Origin: Anaeromyxobacteraceae bacterium
Lineage (GTDB): Bacteria > Myxococcota > Myxococcia > Myxococcales > Anaeromyxobacteraceae
Assembly: GCA_047602405.1 (NCBI GenBank)
Contig: JASGHJ010000002.1
Span: 2,720,001-2,784,000, forward strand
Length of the DNA: 64,000 nt
Direction of reading: 5' to 3'
Part shown: positions 7,727 through 18,091 of the stretch, one piece after another
Position numbering within the stretch: position 1 is the first letter of the stretch
Layout of the letters: the number at the start of each line of letters is the position of its first letter
Made by a program: the position numbers and the translations under genes
The notes under the pieces: model-generated
Told to the model about the DNA's origin: nothing
What the model saw: only the letters and a program-made list of their open reading frames with translations
Database searches by the model: none

Positions 7727-10720
7727 GGCCCCTCCCCCGGCCCCTCGGCGGGCGGCGCGGCCGTCCGCTCCGGCCGGCAGACCGCGGGCCACGGGCAGGT
7801 CTCGCAGCCGCCCGGCACCTGCGGGAACGCGCCCGCGCGGATGCGGCCCACGAGGCCGACCACCTTCCCGGCGAACGCCTCCGCGCCGGCGGGGGCGCCC
7901 TCGCGCACCTCGTAGGCCTCGCCCTTCGCGTCGGCCGACCGGAGGAAGGCGTAGCGCGCCTCGAGCGCGGCGCGGCCCGGGAAGTCGCGGGCGGCCGCGA
8001 GCAGGTAGGTCGGGACCTGGAAGCTCGACTCGCCCCAGGTCTCCGGGTCGAGCAGCGCGCCGTGGTCCACCCGGCCGTCGCTCTTGCCGCCCTTGTAGTC
8101 GACGACGCGCAGGCGGCCCGGCGACGCGTCGACCCGGTCGATGCGCCCCTCGAGCCGCACGGTCACGCCGCCCGCGGTCAGCTCGAGCGGCGCGCGCTCC
8201 GGGCCCGCGCCTGGGCGGCGCCCTCCGAACCGGTGCTCGACCGCGACCGGCACGAGCGCGTCGGCGGCCTCGGCCTCCGCCTCGAGGTGGCGCTCGAGGC
8301 GGGCGGCGAGCACCTCCCGGCGGCCGGTCCACGCCGCGGGATCGCCGGCCCGCCCCTCCCCCTCGAGCCCCGCGATCGCGGCGTCGAGCGCGGCGCGCAG
8401 GTCCGCGCGCTCGGCGTCGTCGCCGCGCAGCGGCCCGGCCGCGCGCGCGATCCGCGCCCGGTGGAAGAGGCTCGAGCGCGCGGTGCAGGAGCGAGCCCTC
8501 GTCGCGCGCCGAGGCGTCGAGGTCCGGGGCGTCGTCGTCCGGCAGGCGCACGAAGCGCGAGAGGAGGAGCCGGAAAGGGCACTCCGCGTACTTCTCGAGC
8601 TGCGAGGGCGACCACGCCTCGGGGAGCGCGGCCTGGAGCACCTCGAGCGCGCGGCCGCGGACCGCGCCGGCGTACGCGGAGCCCGGCAGCGCGGCCCGGC
8701 GCTCGGCCTCCACCGCGGCGCGCGCGAGCGCCCGCGGGCCGGGCGCGCGGCGGGGCCGGGGCTCCGGGCCGCGCGGCAGGGTCACGCCCACCGCGAGGAG
8801 CGCCTCGGCCACCGCCGGCGCGAGCGGGCCGTCGCGCCCGGCCGCGCCCGCCGGCCCCGGGGCGGCCCAGGTGAACGTGAGCGCGTCGCGCGCCGCCGCC
8901 ATCGCCGCGAACGCGCGGTGCAGCGCGCGGGCCCGGCGGCCCGAGGCGAGCGGGAGGTGCAGCGGTCGCCGCGCGGCGCGGGCGAGCGCGGCGCGCTCGG
9001 GATCGCGCAGCACCGGCTCGGCGCCGGCCGGCGCCGGCCAGCCGCGGCCGCAGCCCGCGAGGACGACGCCGCGCACCGACAGCACCGGCGCCTCCTCGAG
9101 CGACCAGAGCTCCACCGCACCCGCCGCCGGCCCCGGCGGAACCGGCGCGGAGGCCTCGTCGACCGCGATCGCGAGCAGGGCCGCGAAGTCCGCGGCGGGC
9201 ATCGGGGCCGCCCCGCGGCCGGCGAGCCCGGCGGCGCGCGCGACGCCGTCGGCGGCCTCCTCGAGCCGCCGCAGCGCCGCGAGGTCGGCCGCGGCGGTCT
9301 CGACGCCCGCGTGCGCCGCCCTGCGCCGCAGGCCCGAGGCGTCGAGGAACTGGACGAGCCGCGCGGCGTGGGCCCGCGGCGTGGCCGGCGCCGAGAGCGC
9401 GCGGGCGAGGGCCACCCCGTGCTCGGCGGCGTCGAGGGCGCGGGCCGCAGCGGTGCGCGCCCGCACCGCGCCCGGCGAGAGCGCGGCCGCGCGCCGGCGC
9501 AGCGCCTCCGCCGGGTCGCCGCGCCCCTCGATGGCCCCGGCCGCGTCGAGCTGGGCCGCGAGCGCGACCGGTGAGCGGGCGCCGGGATCGCAGGAGGCCG
9601 CGAGGTACGTGGAGGCGACGATCCGCTCCAGCGCCGCGCGATCGAGCCCCCCGGCCGCGCCGAGCACCGCGAGGGCGGCCCGGACCGCGCCGTTCTCGGC
9701 GAGCGGCGCCCCGCGGCCGGGCGCGAACGGGATCCCGCGCGCGCGGAGCGCCCGCGCGAGCGGCCGCGCGAGGCGCCGCGGTGAGGCCGAGAGCACCGCG
9801 ACGTCGCCGGGCGCGAGGCCGGCCTCCAGCTGGCGCTGCACCGCGAGCGCGATGGCCTCGGGCTCGTCCTCCTCGCCCGCCGCCGCGAGGGCGGCGACGA
9901 GGCCGGCGCCGCCGGGGTCCCCCACCGGCGGTCGCGCCGTGGGCCCCGCCTGCGCCGCGCCGGGGTGGAAGGCGGCGAGGAGCGCCGCGAGCCGCGGCGC
10001 GCGGCCGTCCTCGAGGTGCCGCAGGACGATGGCCGGCGCGCCCGCCCCCCTCGGCCCGCCGCCCTCCTCGAGCCGGCGCAGGAGCCGCTCCGCGGGCTCC
10101 GACAGGTCCGGGCGATCCGGGAAGTACGGCAGCTCGACCCGGGTGCGGCCCGCGCGCGCGACGAGGGCGAGGAGGAGGTCGGTCGCGGCCGGCCCCGCCT
10201 CCGAGAGCCCGTCCACGACGAGGAGGTCGAGGCGGCCCGGCTGCCCGGGCAGCGGCGCCTTCCGCGCGAGGGTCGCGGCGGCCCGGACCGCGGCGGCCTC
10301 GTCGAGGGCGGAGAGCTCCGCGAGCCGCGCCTCGAGCCGCGCCAGGGCACCGGCGAGCGCGAGGAGCCGCTCCCGGGCGGCGCCCTCCACGAGGAGCGCC
10401 GCCGCGTGGGCCTCGTCGGACGAGAGCTCCGCCAGGCGGAGCTCGGCGAGCGCCGCGGCGAGCCCGGCGCCGTGCCCGTCCTCGGCCCGGACGCCGGCGA
10501 GCGGCCCGCCCGCGGCGCGCCCCGCCTCGGCGGCCAGCAGGCGGAACGCGAGGGGGGTCAGGACGGGGCGGCGGTCCCCGGCGTCCGCGAGGAACGCGCC
10601 CGCGAGCCGGTCGAGGGTCGTGACGGCCGGGCCGAACAGCACCCCGCCCTCCGCGTCGCACAGGCGGCGCGCGGCCCTCGCCGCGGCGAGCGGCGTGGAG
10701 GTGAGGACCAGCGCGGACAC
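7723..10720 (-). CDS. addB: AddB-like inactive helicase / PD-(D/E)XK nuclease; apparent +1 frameshift at about 8470
   Basis: 'WSPSQLEKYAECPF', 'GRIDRVD..VVDYK', 'CETCPWPAVC'; deleting one base at GAAGAGGC (8464-8471) joins both frames (LHRALELFHR). Confidence 0.8.
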
Positions 10721-10823
10721 GACGCCGGAACGTACCTCGGGGGGCTGACGCGCGGGCGACAGATCCCGGCCGGCGGCCGTGCGTTCCACCCGACAGCGCG
10801 GTCCCTGGCCGCGGGAGGCTCAC

Positions 10824-11726
10824 ATGATGATCACGGCAGTCGGTCTGGCGCTGCTCCTCGCGGCGCCGCAGGCGAAGGGTGCGCCCGCGGCCGCCCTCGC
10901 GGAGGGCGTCTCGGTGGGCGCGCCCATCACGAAGGGGAACCTCTCGGTCTTCCCGCTCTCCGTCCGCCCGGCGGCGGGGACGGCCGGGGCGGAGCCGCTC
11001 ACGCTCGACGAGGCGAGCCGGGCGAAGGTGGTCCGGGTCGAGGAGGCGGGCGCGGGCGGCGACGTGAACGCGCTCCAGGTCCACAACGACGGCGACCGGC
11101 CGGTGCTGCTCATGGCCGGCGAGCTCCTCCTCGGAGGCAAGCAGGACCGGATCGTGGGGCGCTCGCTCGTGCTGCCGCCGCGCTCGCGCCAGCCGGTGCC
11201 GGTCTACTGCGTCGAGCACGGCCGCTGGAGCGGCGGGCGCGCGTTCGAGAGCGGCGGCGCCCTCGTCCCCCCCGGCCTGCGCAAGACGGCGCTCGCGGGC
11301 GATCAGCAGCAGGTGTGGGACGAGGTCGCGCGCTCGAACCGGAAGCTCGGCACCCAGACGAGCTCGGGCACCTACCGCGCCGCCGCGCGGAAGCTCTCCG
11401 GCGAGGCCGGGCCGGTCGCGCGCGAGCTCTCGGAGGCGCTCGCCCGCGACCCGCAGGCCGCCGGCCTCGCGGTCGCGATCGACGGCGAGGTGGTGGCGGT
11501 GGAGTGGTTCGCGTCGCCGCGCCTCTTCGGGCGGGTGCGCGAGAAGCTCGTGGCCTCCTACGTCGCGCAGGCGCTCGCCGACGACGCCCCGCGCCCGGCC
11601 TCCGCGCCGGCCCCGGCCGCGCCGAAGGACGTGATCGACTTCGCGAGGAAGGCCGAGCAGGGGGCCGCCACCGTCGAGCGGGCGACCTCGGCGGGTGAGG
11701 CGGTGCAGACCACGTACCTCAAGTGA
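10824..11726 (+). CDS. Secreted DUF6569/ARPP-1 domain protein
   Basis: Signal peptide MITAVGLALLLAAPQAKG; 'NLSVFPL', 'GELLLGGKQDRIV', 'VYCVEHGRW', 'QQQVWDEV' motifs. Confidence 0.75.
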   Translation: MMITAVGLALLLAAPQAKGAPAAALAEGVSVGAPITKGNLSVFPLSVRPAAGTAGAEPLTLDEASRAKVVRVEEAGAGGDVNALQVHNDGDRPVLLMAGELLLGGKQDRIVGRSLVLPPRSRQPVPVYCVEHGRWSGGRAFESGGALVPPGLRKTALAGDQQQVWDEVARSNRKLGTQTSSGTYRAAARKLSGEAGPVARELSEALARDPQAAGLAVAIDGEVVAVEWFASPRLFGRVREKLVASYVAQALADDAPRPASAPAPAAPKDVIDFARKAEQGAATVERATSAGEAVQTTYLK

Positions 11727-11729
11727 AGC

Positions 11730-11759
11730 GGGGGAGGCGCTATCGGCTCGCCTCCCCCC
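11730..11759. terminator. Hairpin after the DUF6569 gene
   Basis: GGGGGAGGCG...CGCCTCCCCC inverted repeat. Confidence 0.5.
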
Positions 11760-12184
11760 ATCGCCCCCGTCCCCTGCAACCGTGTTCACGTGGGCGGCGC
11801 TGCCACGCCCGGCTTTTCTCGCGCCCGCGGCGCGCCCGCCCTCCGGCGTCCCGAGGGCGCGGGTCGTCGGTGTGCGGCCACGGCGGGAGCGCTCCGGCGC
11901 CGTCGCACGCGCCGCCACCTGAAGGCGCGTTCGACCCCCGCGCGCGCGACGTCCCGGAGCGTTCACGGACGGTGCGTCGGTCCGGTCCTCACCTCTTTTT
12001 CCGGGGCGGCTGACGGGGCGTTCACGTGGGAGCGGCGCGCACGGGCGGGTTTTCGCGCGAGGCGACGGTTGCGCACCTGCGGGCGTGCCGCGCGCGAGGG
12101 GCAGGGTGTGAGGGCGGCGGGCCCTGCGGGCCTACGGGGCCTCAGGCTTCGGCACCTGCTTGGGCGTTTGGAACCTCGAAGCAG

Positions 12185-12211
12185 GTACGCGGAAGCTGCG
12201 CTTCCGCGTAC
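12185..12211. terminator. Hairpin just downstream of queD
   Basis: GTACGCGGAAG-CTGCG-CTTCCGCGTAC, perfect 11-bp stem. Confidence 0.55.
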
Positions 12212-12213
12212 AG

Positions 12214-12606
12214 CTACTCCTCCCGGTACACGGCGAGGGAGCCCTCGTTCTCCCACACGTCGACCTTCGACACCCGCACCCGCCCGCCCTCGGACGTCTG
12301 CAGCCGCGCGTTCACCTCGTCGTGGAAGAACTTCGCGAGGAGCTCGGCGGTGGTGTTCACCTGGTCGAACGGCGGGATCTCGTTCACGTTCTGGTGGTCG
12401 AAGCGGGAACCGACCTCGGCGACGAGCTTCTGGAGGTCGGCGAAGTCGATGACCATGCCGATGCGGTTGAGCTCGGACGCCCGGACGTGGACGCGGATGC
12501 GCCAGTTGTGCCCGTGGAGCCGCTCGCACTTGCCGCCGTGGAAGCGGATTTGGTGCGCGGCGCTGAACACGAAGTCCTTCGAGATCTCGTAGACGGGCAC
12601 GGCCAT
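12214..12606 (-). CDS. queD: 6-carboxytetrahydropterin synthase
   Basis: 'FSAAH', 'CERLHGHNW', 'GMVIDF', 'TTAELLA', 'VWEN'. Confidence 0.9.
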   Translation of the reverse strand: MAVPVYEISKDFVFSAAHQIRFHGGKCERLHGHNWRIRVHVRASELNRIGMVIDFADLQKLVAEVGSRFDHQNVNEIPPFDQVNTTAELLAKFFHDEVNARLQTSEGGRVRVSKVDVWENEGSLAVYREE

Positions 12607-12658
12607 GGGCGGGGCAATATAGCGGAACCCCTGACGGAGTGCAGGGGCTCTCGAGATC

Positions 12659-13264
12659 ATGCGCGACCACGACCACGAGCACCGCGACCGGCACGGCAAC
12701 CCGGAGCACTGGGACGCCTACCTCGGGAAGCTCCTCGACCCGGAGCGCGACGGCTGGCAGAAGCCGGACCTCGTCGTGGGGGCGCTGGGCCTCGGGCCCG
12801 GCGCGGTGGCCTGCGAGATTGGCCCGGGGCCCGGCGTGTTCGTCCTCCGGATGGCCCGCGCGGTCTCGCCCGGCGGCCGGGTCCACGCGATCGACGCCGA
12901 TCCGCGGATGACCGCGCTCCTCGCCGAGCGTGCGCGGGGGGCCGGCCTCGCGAACGTCGCCATCCACCTCGCCGAGGACGGCCGCGGCGTGCCGCCGGAG
13001 CCCGTCGACGTCATCCTCGTCGTGAACACCTTCCACCACTTCCCGGACCCGGCCGCGTACCTCGCCGAGCTCGCGGCGCACCTGAAGCCCGGCGGGCGGC
13101 TCGTGAACGTGGACTTCCACGCGGGCGACCTGCCGGTCGGCCCGCCGCCCGATCACCGGGTGTCGCGGGAGCAGTTCCTCGAGGCGGCGAGGGCCGCCGG
13201 CCTCCGCGTGCTCGAGGAGCGGGCCTTCCTGCCGTACCAGTACTTCATCGCGCTCGGGTCCTGA
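12659..13264 (+). CDS. Class I SAM-dependent methyltransferase
   Basis: 'RDGWQKPD', motif I 'EIGPGPG', 'LKPGGRL'. Confidence 0.85.
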   Translation: MRDHDHEHRDRHGNPEHWDAYLGKLLDPERDGWQKPDLVVGALGLGPGAVACEIGPGPGVFVLRMARAVSPGGRVHAIDADPRMTALLAERARGAGLANVAIHLAEDGRGVPPEPVDVILVVNTFHHFPDPAAYLAELAAHLKPGGRLVNVDFHAGDLPVGPPPDHRVSREQFLEAARAAGLRVLEERAFLPYQYFIALGS

Positions 13265-13314
13265 CTCCCGACCATCCCGGGCGTGGGGGCGCGCAGCGCC
13301 CCGGGTCGAGGGAG

Positions 13315-14017
13315 CTACTCGCCCGCGGACATCTGGGCGAGGAAGCTGCGCTTCACCACGAGCCGCTTCCCGGAGAGCACGATGTGCCCGCGGCGGGCGA
13401 GCTCGGAGAGCGCGCGAGAGACCGTCTCGCGGGAGGTGCCGATCGTCGCCGCGATCTCGGCCTGCGTCGGGCGGCTCCGGACGAGGAACCCGTCCTCGGT
13501 CACCTCGCCCTCGGCCTCGGCGAGCTCCTTGAGCTTCCCGGCGAGCCGGCCGTAGACGTCGAGGAGCGCGAGGTTGCCGATGACCTCGTCGGCGCGGCGC
13601 AGGCGGCGCGAGAGCTCGGTGAGGACGCGGAGCGCCGTCTTCGGGTGGCGCTGGATGTGCGCGCGGAAGTCGGCCCGGGAGAGGACGAGCAGCCGCGACG
13701 GCTCGCTCGCCACCAGGGTCGCCGAGCGCGGCTCGTCGTCGAGCAGGCTCATCTCGCCGAAGAAGTCGCCCGGCGCCTTGAAGACGTTGAGGATGATCTC
13801 GCGCCCGGAGTCGCCGTACAGCACGACCTTCACCCGACCCTTGACGAGGACGAAGAGCGCGTCGCCGGGCTCCTCCTGCGAGGCGATGATCGCCCCGTCG
13901 TCGTACTCGCGGACCTGGGCGAGGCGCTCGAGCTCGCCCGCGCTCGTGGCGTCGAGCTCGGAGAAGATTCGAGACGCTGCGGAGCAGCTCACGCCCGCGC
14001 GGGACGGCCTGGCTCAT
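13315..14017 (-). CDS. Crp/Fnr family transcriptional regulator; apparent frameshift at about 13968
   Basis: cNMP-binding 'GDFFGEMSLLDDEPRSAT' and HTH 'TQAEIAATIGTSRETVSRAL'; removing one base in GATTC (13966-13970) gives MSQAVPRGRELLRSVSIFSELD. Confidence 0.88.
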
Positions 14018-14049
14018 GGGCGCGACCGTAGCGATCCCTGCACCATCGG

Positions 14050-14694
14050 TCAAGGCGAGACGGCCCCGGGGCCCGCCGCGAGCAGGGCCGCGACGTCGAC
14101 CCGCGGGTCGGCCCCCTCGAGCCACGCGCGCAGCACGGCCACCCCCCGCGCGCCCGCGGCGATCACCCGGGGGGCCGCGCCGGGGTCCACGCCCCCCAGG
14201 CCGACGAGCGGGAGGCCGAGGCGGGCCGCGTCCGCGAGGGCGGCGAGCCCGACCGGCGGCCCGTAGGCGCGCTTCGAGGGCGTGTCGAAGACCGGGCCGA
14301 ACGTGGCGTAGTCCGCCCCGCCCTCCCGGGCCCGGAGCACGTCGGCCGCGCCGTGGCAGGAGACGCCGACGAGCGCGCCCGGGCCGAGCAGGCGCCGCGC
14401 CTCGGCCGGCGGCACGCCGGCGGACGGCAGGTGCGCCCCCGCCGCGCCCGCGGCGAGCGCGACGTCGAGCCGATTGTTGACGAGCAGGAGCGCCCCCGTG
14501 TCGCGGCAGGCGGCCGCGAGCGCCCGCGCCGCGGCGAGGAGCGCCGCGCCCCCGAGGTCCTTCTCCCGCAGGTGCACCGCCACGCGCCCCGCCGCGCCGC
14601 CCGGGCCGAGCGGCGCGAGCGCCTGCCTGAGGCGCGCCGCCGGATCCGGGTTCACGCGCCGATCCGTGATCAGGTGGACAACCGGAACGCCCAT
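14050..14694 (-). CDS. thiE: Thiamine-phosphate synthase (ThiE/TenI family)
   Basis: 'HLREK', 'GVSCH', 'ADYATFGPVFDTPSK', 'LGGV'. Confidence 0.85.
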   Translation of the reverse strand: MGVPVVHLITDRRVNPDPAARLRQALAPLGPGGAAGRVAVHLREKDLGGAALLAAARALAAACRDTGALLLVNNRLDVALAAGAAGAHLPSAGVPPAEARRLLGPGALVGVSCHGAADVLRAREGGADYATFGPVFDTPSKRAYGPPVGLAALADAARLGLPLVGLGGVDPGAAPRVIAAGARGVAVLRAWLEGADPRVDVAALLAAGPGAVSP

Positions 14695-14740
14695 CCGTAA
14701 GCTCGCCCCCGTTTTCTCATGGTGCCGACGGGAGGGCCCC

Positions 14741-15557
14741 GTGTCGAGCGAGCTGCAGTCCTTCCTCGAGTTCCTCGAGGCGCAGAAGGCGAAGCAGGCG
14801 AGCCACTTCCCCACGGTCCGTGCCGAGAAGGTCCTCTCCTTCATGGGCACGACCAGCCTCGCCGGCTCGCGCGCCTCGGTCTCGATCGACGCGCTGCGCG
14901 GCATCTCGCCCGGGCCGACCCCGCGCGAGCTGCGCATCCAGCTCGGCGGCGCCCTGCCCCGCGCCCCGCAGCGCGGCGAGTGCGTCACCGTCCACGTGAC
15001 CCGGCTCGAGCAGTACCAGGGCTACCAGGTGAAGTCCCGGGCCGTGGGCCCCGGCGTCGTCGAGGCCGACCTCGTCGAGGTGGCGGCCGGGGGCGGGGCC
15101 GGCTTCACGGTGAAGGGCGCGCAGACCTACACCGTCCACCACAGCCCCTACACGCTGAAGTTCTTCGAGAGCGTCCCGTACGACGAGCTGCAGGAGATTC
15201 GTGGGCGGGGTGAAGGTCGCGGTGGTGGCGGTGGGCGAGACGGCCAACCTCTCTCCCCGGTTCATCTTCCACCACGCCATCGAGGACGGGAAGCTCGCGC
15301 TCTACCACGGCGACGGCCTCGCCCTGAAGACGTACATGAACCTGAAGTCGAACACGCGGGAGGCCCGCCTCGTGCTCGACCTCGACGACTTCTCCGGCTG
15401 GGCGCTGCCCGGCGTGGTCGAGGAGTTCCAGCCCCACCAGCACCCCGAGGCCTACGAGCGCATCTGCGCCGGCTTCCAGGCGGGCTCGTGGGGCATGCCC
15501 TCGCGCGTCTTCCGGTTCGTGCCCGAGTCGTTCCAGCGGATCCAGCCGCAGGGCTGA
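14741..15557 (+). CDS. Hypothetical protein, possible pyridoxamine-5'-phosphate-oxidase-like split barrel; apparent frameshift at about 15198
   Basis: GGAGG RBS before the GTG; 'NLSPR' and 'KTYMNLKSN' resemble the PNPOx-like fold; correcting GATTC to GATC fuses the two ORFs. Confidence 0.55.
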
Positions 15558-15585
15558 CCGCGCCTCCCGCAGCGAGGAGCCCCCC

Positions 15586-16053
15586 ATGAAGACCCTCCGC
15601 ACGCTCGCCCTCGCGGGCCTCACCGCGCTCGCCGTCGCCGCCCGCGCCGAGGCTCCGGCCGCCGCCCCCGCCTCCGCCGCCGCGCCTGCCGCCGAGGCCC
15701 CGAAGCTCGACCCGTCCGCCGCCGAGGCCGCGAAGGCCGCCGAGGCCTGGCTCGGGCTCATGGACGCCGGCCAGTACGAGCAGTCCTGGCAGGAGGCGTC
15801 CGGCCTCTTCCGCGGCAAGGTGACGAAGGAGCGCTGGGTGCAGCAGGCGCAGGGGGTCCGCGGCCAGCTCGGCAAGGTGACCACGCGCGCGCTCGATCGC
15901 TCCGCCCCGATGAAGGTGGAGGGCGCCGACGCCTGGGTCCTCGGCTGGACGAGCGGCCTCGAGAAGCTCCCGGAGGCCGCCGAGATCGTGACGATGGTGA
16001 AGGACGGCGCGGCCTGGCGCTGCGCCGGCTACTTCATCCGCCCGCGGAGCTGA
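15586..16053 (+). CDS. DUF4019 domain secreted protein
   Basis: Signal peptide; 'AEAWLGLMDAGQYEQSWQEAS', 'WRCAGYFIR'. Confidence 0.8.
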   Translation: MKTLRTLALAGLTALAVAARAEAPAAAPASAAAPAAEAPKLDPSAAEAAKAAEAWLGLMDAGQYEQSWQEASGLFRGKVTKERWVQQAQGVRGQLGKVTTRALDRSAPMKVEGADAWVLGWTSGLEKLPEAAEIVTMVKDGAAWRCAGYFIRPRS

Positions 16054-16086
16054 GCCCCTCGCTCGCCCCGCGCGCCCGGTCCCGGA

Positions 16087-17088
16087 TCAGCTCCCGATGA
16101 GCCCGGTCATCGGGCTCGAGGCGGCGGCGTGCAGCTTCATCGGGATGCGGCCCGCGAGGAAGGCCTTGCGGCCCGCCTCCACGCCCGCCCGCATCGCGTC
16201 CGCCATGAGCACCGGGTCCTTCGCCTCCGCGATGGCGGTGTTCATGAGCACCGCGACCGCGCCGAGCTCCATCGCGACGGCGGCGTCGCTCGCGGTGCCG
16301 ACGCCCGCGTCGACGAGCACGGGGACCTTCACGGTCTCCATGATGATCCTCAGGTTGTACGGGTTGCGCAGCCCCAGGCCCGAGCCGATGGGCGCCCCGA
16401 GCGGCATCACCGCCGCGCAGCCGGCGTCCTCGAGCTTCTTCGCGGTCACCGGGTCGTCGTTCGTGTAGGGCAGCACCGTGAAGCCCTCGCCCGCGAGCGT
16501 GCGCGCCGCCGCCACGAGCCCCTCCACGTCCGGGAAGAGCGTGCGGCGGTCGCCGATGACCTCGAGCTTCACGAGGTCGCCCATCCCGAGCTCGCGCCCG
16601 AGCCGGGCGGTGCGGACCGCCTCGTCGGCGGTGAAGCACGCGGCGGTGTTGGGCAGGAGCGTCATGCCCTTCGGGATCCACTCGAGCAGGGACTGCTCCC
16701 CCGTCTTCGAGAGGTCGAGGCGGCGGACCGCCACCGTGACGACCTCGGCGCCCGAGATCTCGAGCGCCCGCTTCATGGTGGGGAAGTCGGGGTACTTGCC
16801 GGTGCCGACCAGCAGGCGGCTCGTGAAGCGGTGCTTGCCGAGGAGCCAGCCGTCGTCGGCGGGGGCCGGCGCGCCGCCGCCCACGAAGGCCACGATCTCG
16901 ACCGAGTCGCCCTTCGAGATGCGCTGCGCCTCGTAGCGGTCCTTCGTCACGACCGTGTCGTTGAGCTCGACGGCCACCCGGACCGCCTTCACGCCGAGGT
17001 GCCCGAGCAGCCCCGTGACGGTGAGGCCCTCGGGGATCTCCCTGAGCTCGCCGTTCAGCCTGATCTGGATGCCCTGCTGCTCCGCCAT
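16087..17088 (-). CDS. thiG: Fused sulfur carrier ThiS / thiazole synthase ThiG
   Basis: N-terminal ThiS ('IRLNGE...VAVELN...[10 protein letters not shown]') in frame with ThiG ('[10 protein letters not shown]', 'LPNTAAC', 'VKLEVI', '[12 protein letters not shown]'). Confidence 0.93.
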   Translation of the reverse strand: MAEQQGIQIRLNGELREIPEGLTVTGLLGHLGVKAVRVAVELNDTVVTKDRYEAQRISKGDSVEIVAFVGGGAPAPADDGWLLGKHRFTSRLLVGTGKYPDFPTMKRALEISGAEVVTVAVRRLDLSKTGEQSLLEWIPKGMTLLPNTAACFTADEAVRTARLGRELGMGDLVKLEVIGDRRTLFPDVEGLVAAARTLAGEGFTVLPYTNDDPVTAKKLEDAGCAAVMPLGAPIGSGLGLRNPYNLRIIMETVKVPVLVDAGVGTASDAAVAMELGAVAVLMNTAIAEAKDPVLMADAMRAGVEAGRKAFLAGRIPMKLHAAASSPMTGLIGS

Positions 17089-17158
17089 CGCGTCGCCCCT
17101 CCGGAGTCCGGACGTATGGCCCCGGACACGGCCGCCGTCAAGGTACACTCGCGCGGTC

Positions 17159-18091
17159 ATGGCGCGCGACCTCGCGATCCGGCCGCTCGGCCTCGGGCAG
17201 GTGGTGGACCGGTCGGTCGCGCTCACCCGCCGGCATTTCCGGGCGCTCTTCCTCGCGATGCTGGTGGTTGAGGCGCCGGCGCTCGCGCTCGCGCGGCTCG
17301 AGGCCGCCCGCCTCGACGACGTGCTCGCGCTCGTCACCGCGCCCGCCCGCGCGGCCGAGGCGCTCCCCGCCCTCGGCGCGGCCCTCGCCGTGCTCCTCGT
17401 CGCGCTGCTCCTCCTGCAGCTCGTGGGCACGGCCGTCACCGCCGTGGTGGTCGGGCCGTCGCTCGACCCGCGACCCCGGCCGCGCGCGCCCGCGGTCCGG
17501 CTCGCCCTCGCGGTGCTCTCCGCCGCCGCCCTCCACGGCGCCGCGCTGGTCGCCCTGCCGGCCGCGGCCGCCCTCCCCGGCGCCTGGCTGCTCGCCCGGG
17601 CCGGCTCGACCGGCGGGCTCGTCGTGGGCGCGGCCGCGCTGGTGCTCCTCCCGCTCGTCGCGTTGGTCGTCGCGCTCGTGCGGCTCGTGCTCGCGCCCGC
17701 GGCCGCCGCGGTCGAGCTCCGCGGCCCCTCCGCGCTCCTGCGCTCGAGCCGGCTGATGGCGCCGCCGCGCGGCGGGCCGTTCCTGGAGCGCCCCGGCGTG
17801 CGCGCCTCCCTCGTGCTCCTCGCCACCTTCCTCCTCGTGCTCGCCGTGAACGCGATCGCGGGCCTGCCCCGCGCCATCGCGGTGCGCGCCGTGGGGACGC
17901 CCGGCCCGCTCGGGCTCCCGCTCGGGCCCCTCCCGCTGCCGCTCGAGCTCGGCCTCGGGCTCTTCGAGGCGCTCGCGGGCGCGGCGCTGCAGCCCTTCAG
18001 CCTCGTCGCCGTGGTGGTCCTCTACTTCGAGCGGCGGGCCCGCACCGAGGGGCTCGACCTCGAGCGCTGGGCGGCGGGGCTCGGGCGGTGA
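17159..18091 (+). CDS. Integral membrane protein, first gene of the MoxR operon
   Basis: '[11 protein letters not shown]', multiple TM segments, C-terminal '[14 protein letters not shown]'. Confidence 0.75.
   Translation: MARDLAIRPLGLGQVVDRSVALTRRHFRALFLAMLVVEAPALALARLEAARLDDVLALVTAPARAAEALPALGAALAVLLVALLLLQLVGTAVTAVVVGPSLDPRPRPRAPAVRLALAVLSAAALHGAALVALPAAAALPGAWLLARAGSTGGLVVGAAALVLLPLVALVVALVRLVLAPAAAAVELRGPSALLRSSRLMAPPRGGPFLERPGVRASLVLLATFLLVLAVNAIAGLPRAIAVRAVGTPGPLGLPLGPLPLPLELGLGLFEALAGAALQPFSLVAVVVLYFERRARTEGLDLERWAAGLGR

Noticed and set aside
4004..7915. Long antisense or alternative-frame ORFs (this one and many similar Arg/Ala/Pro-rich frames)
   Set aside because: They are shadow ORFs expected at very high GC and overlap well-supported genes.
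4124..10789. 2221-aa AddB-AddA giant fusion in the ORF track
   Set aside because: It is an artefact of the +1 shift at about 8470; the AddB nuclease end lies in another frame and stops at 7723, overlapping the addA GTG.
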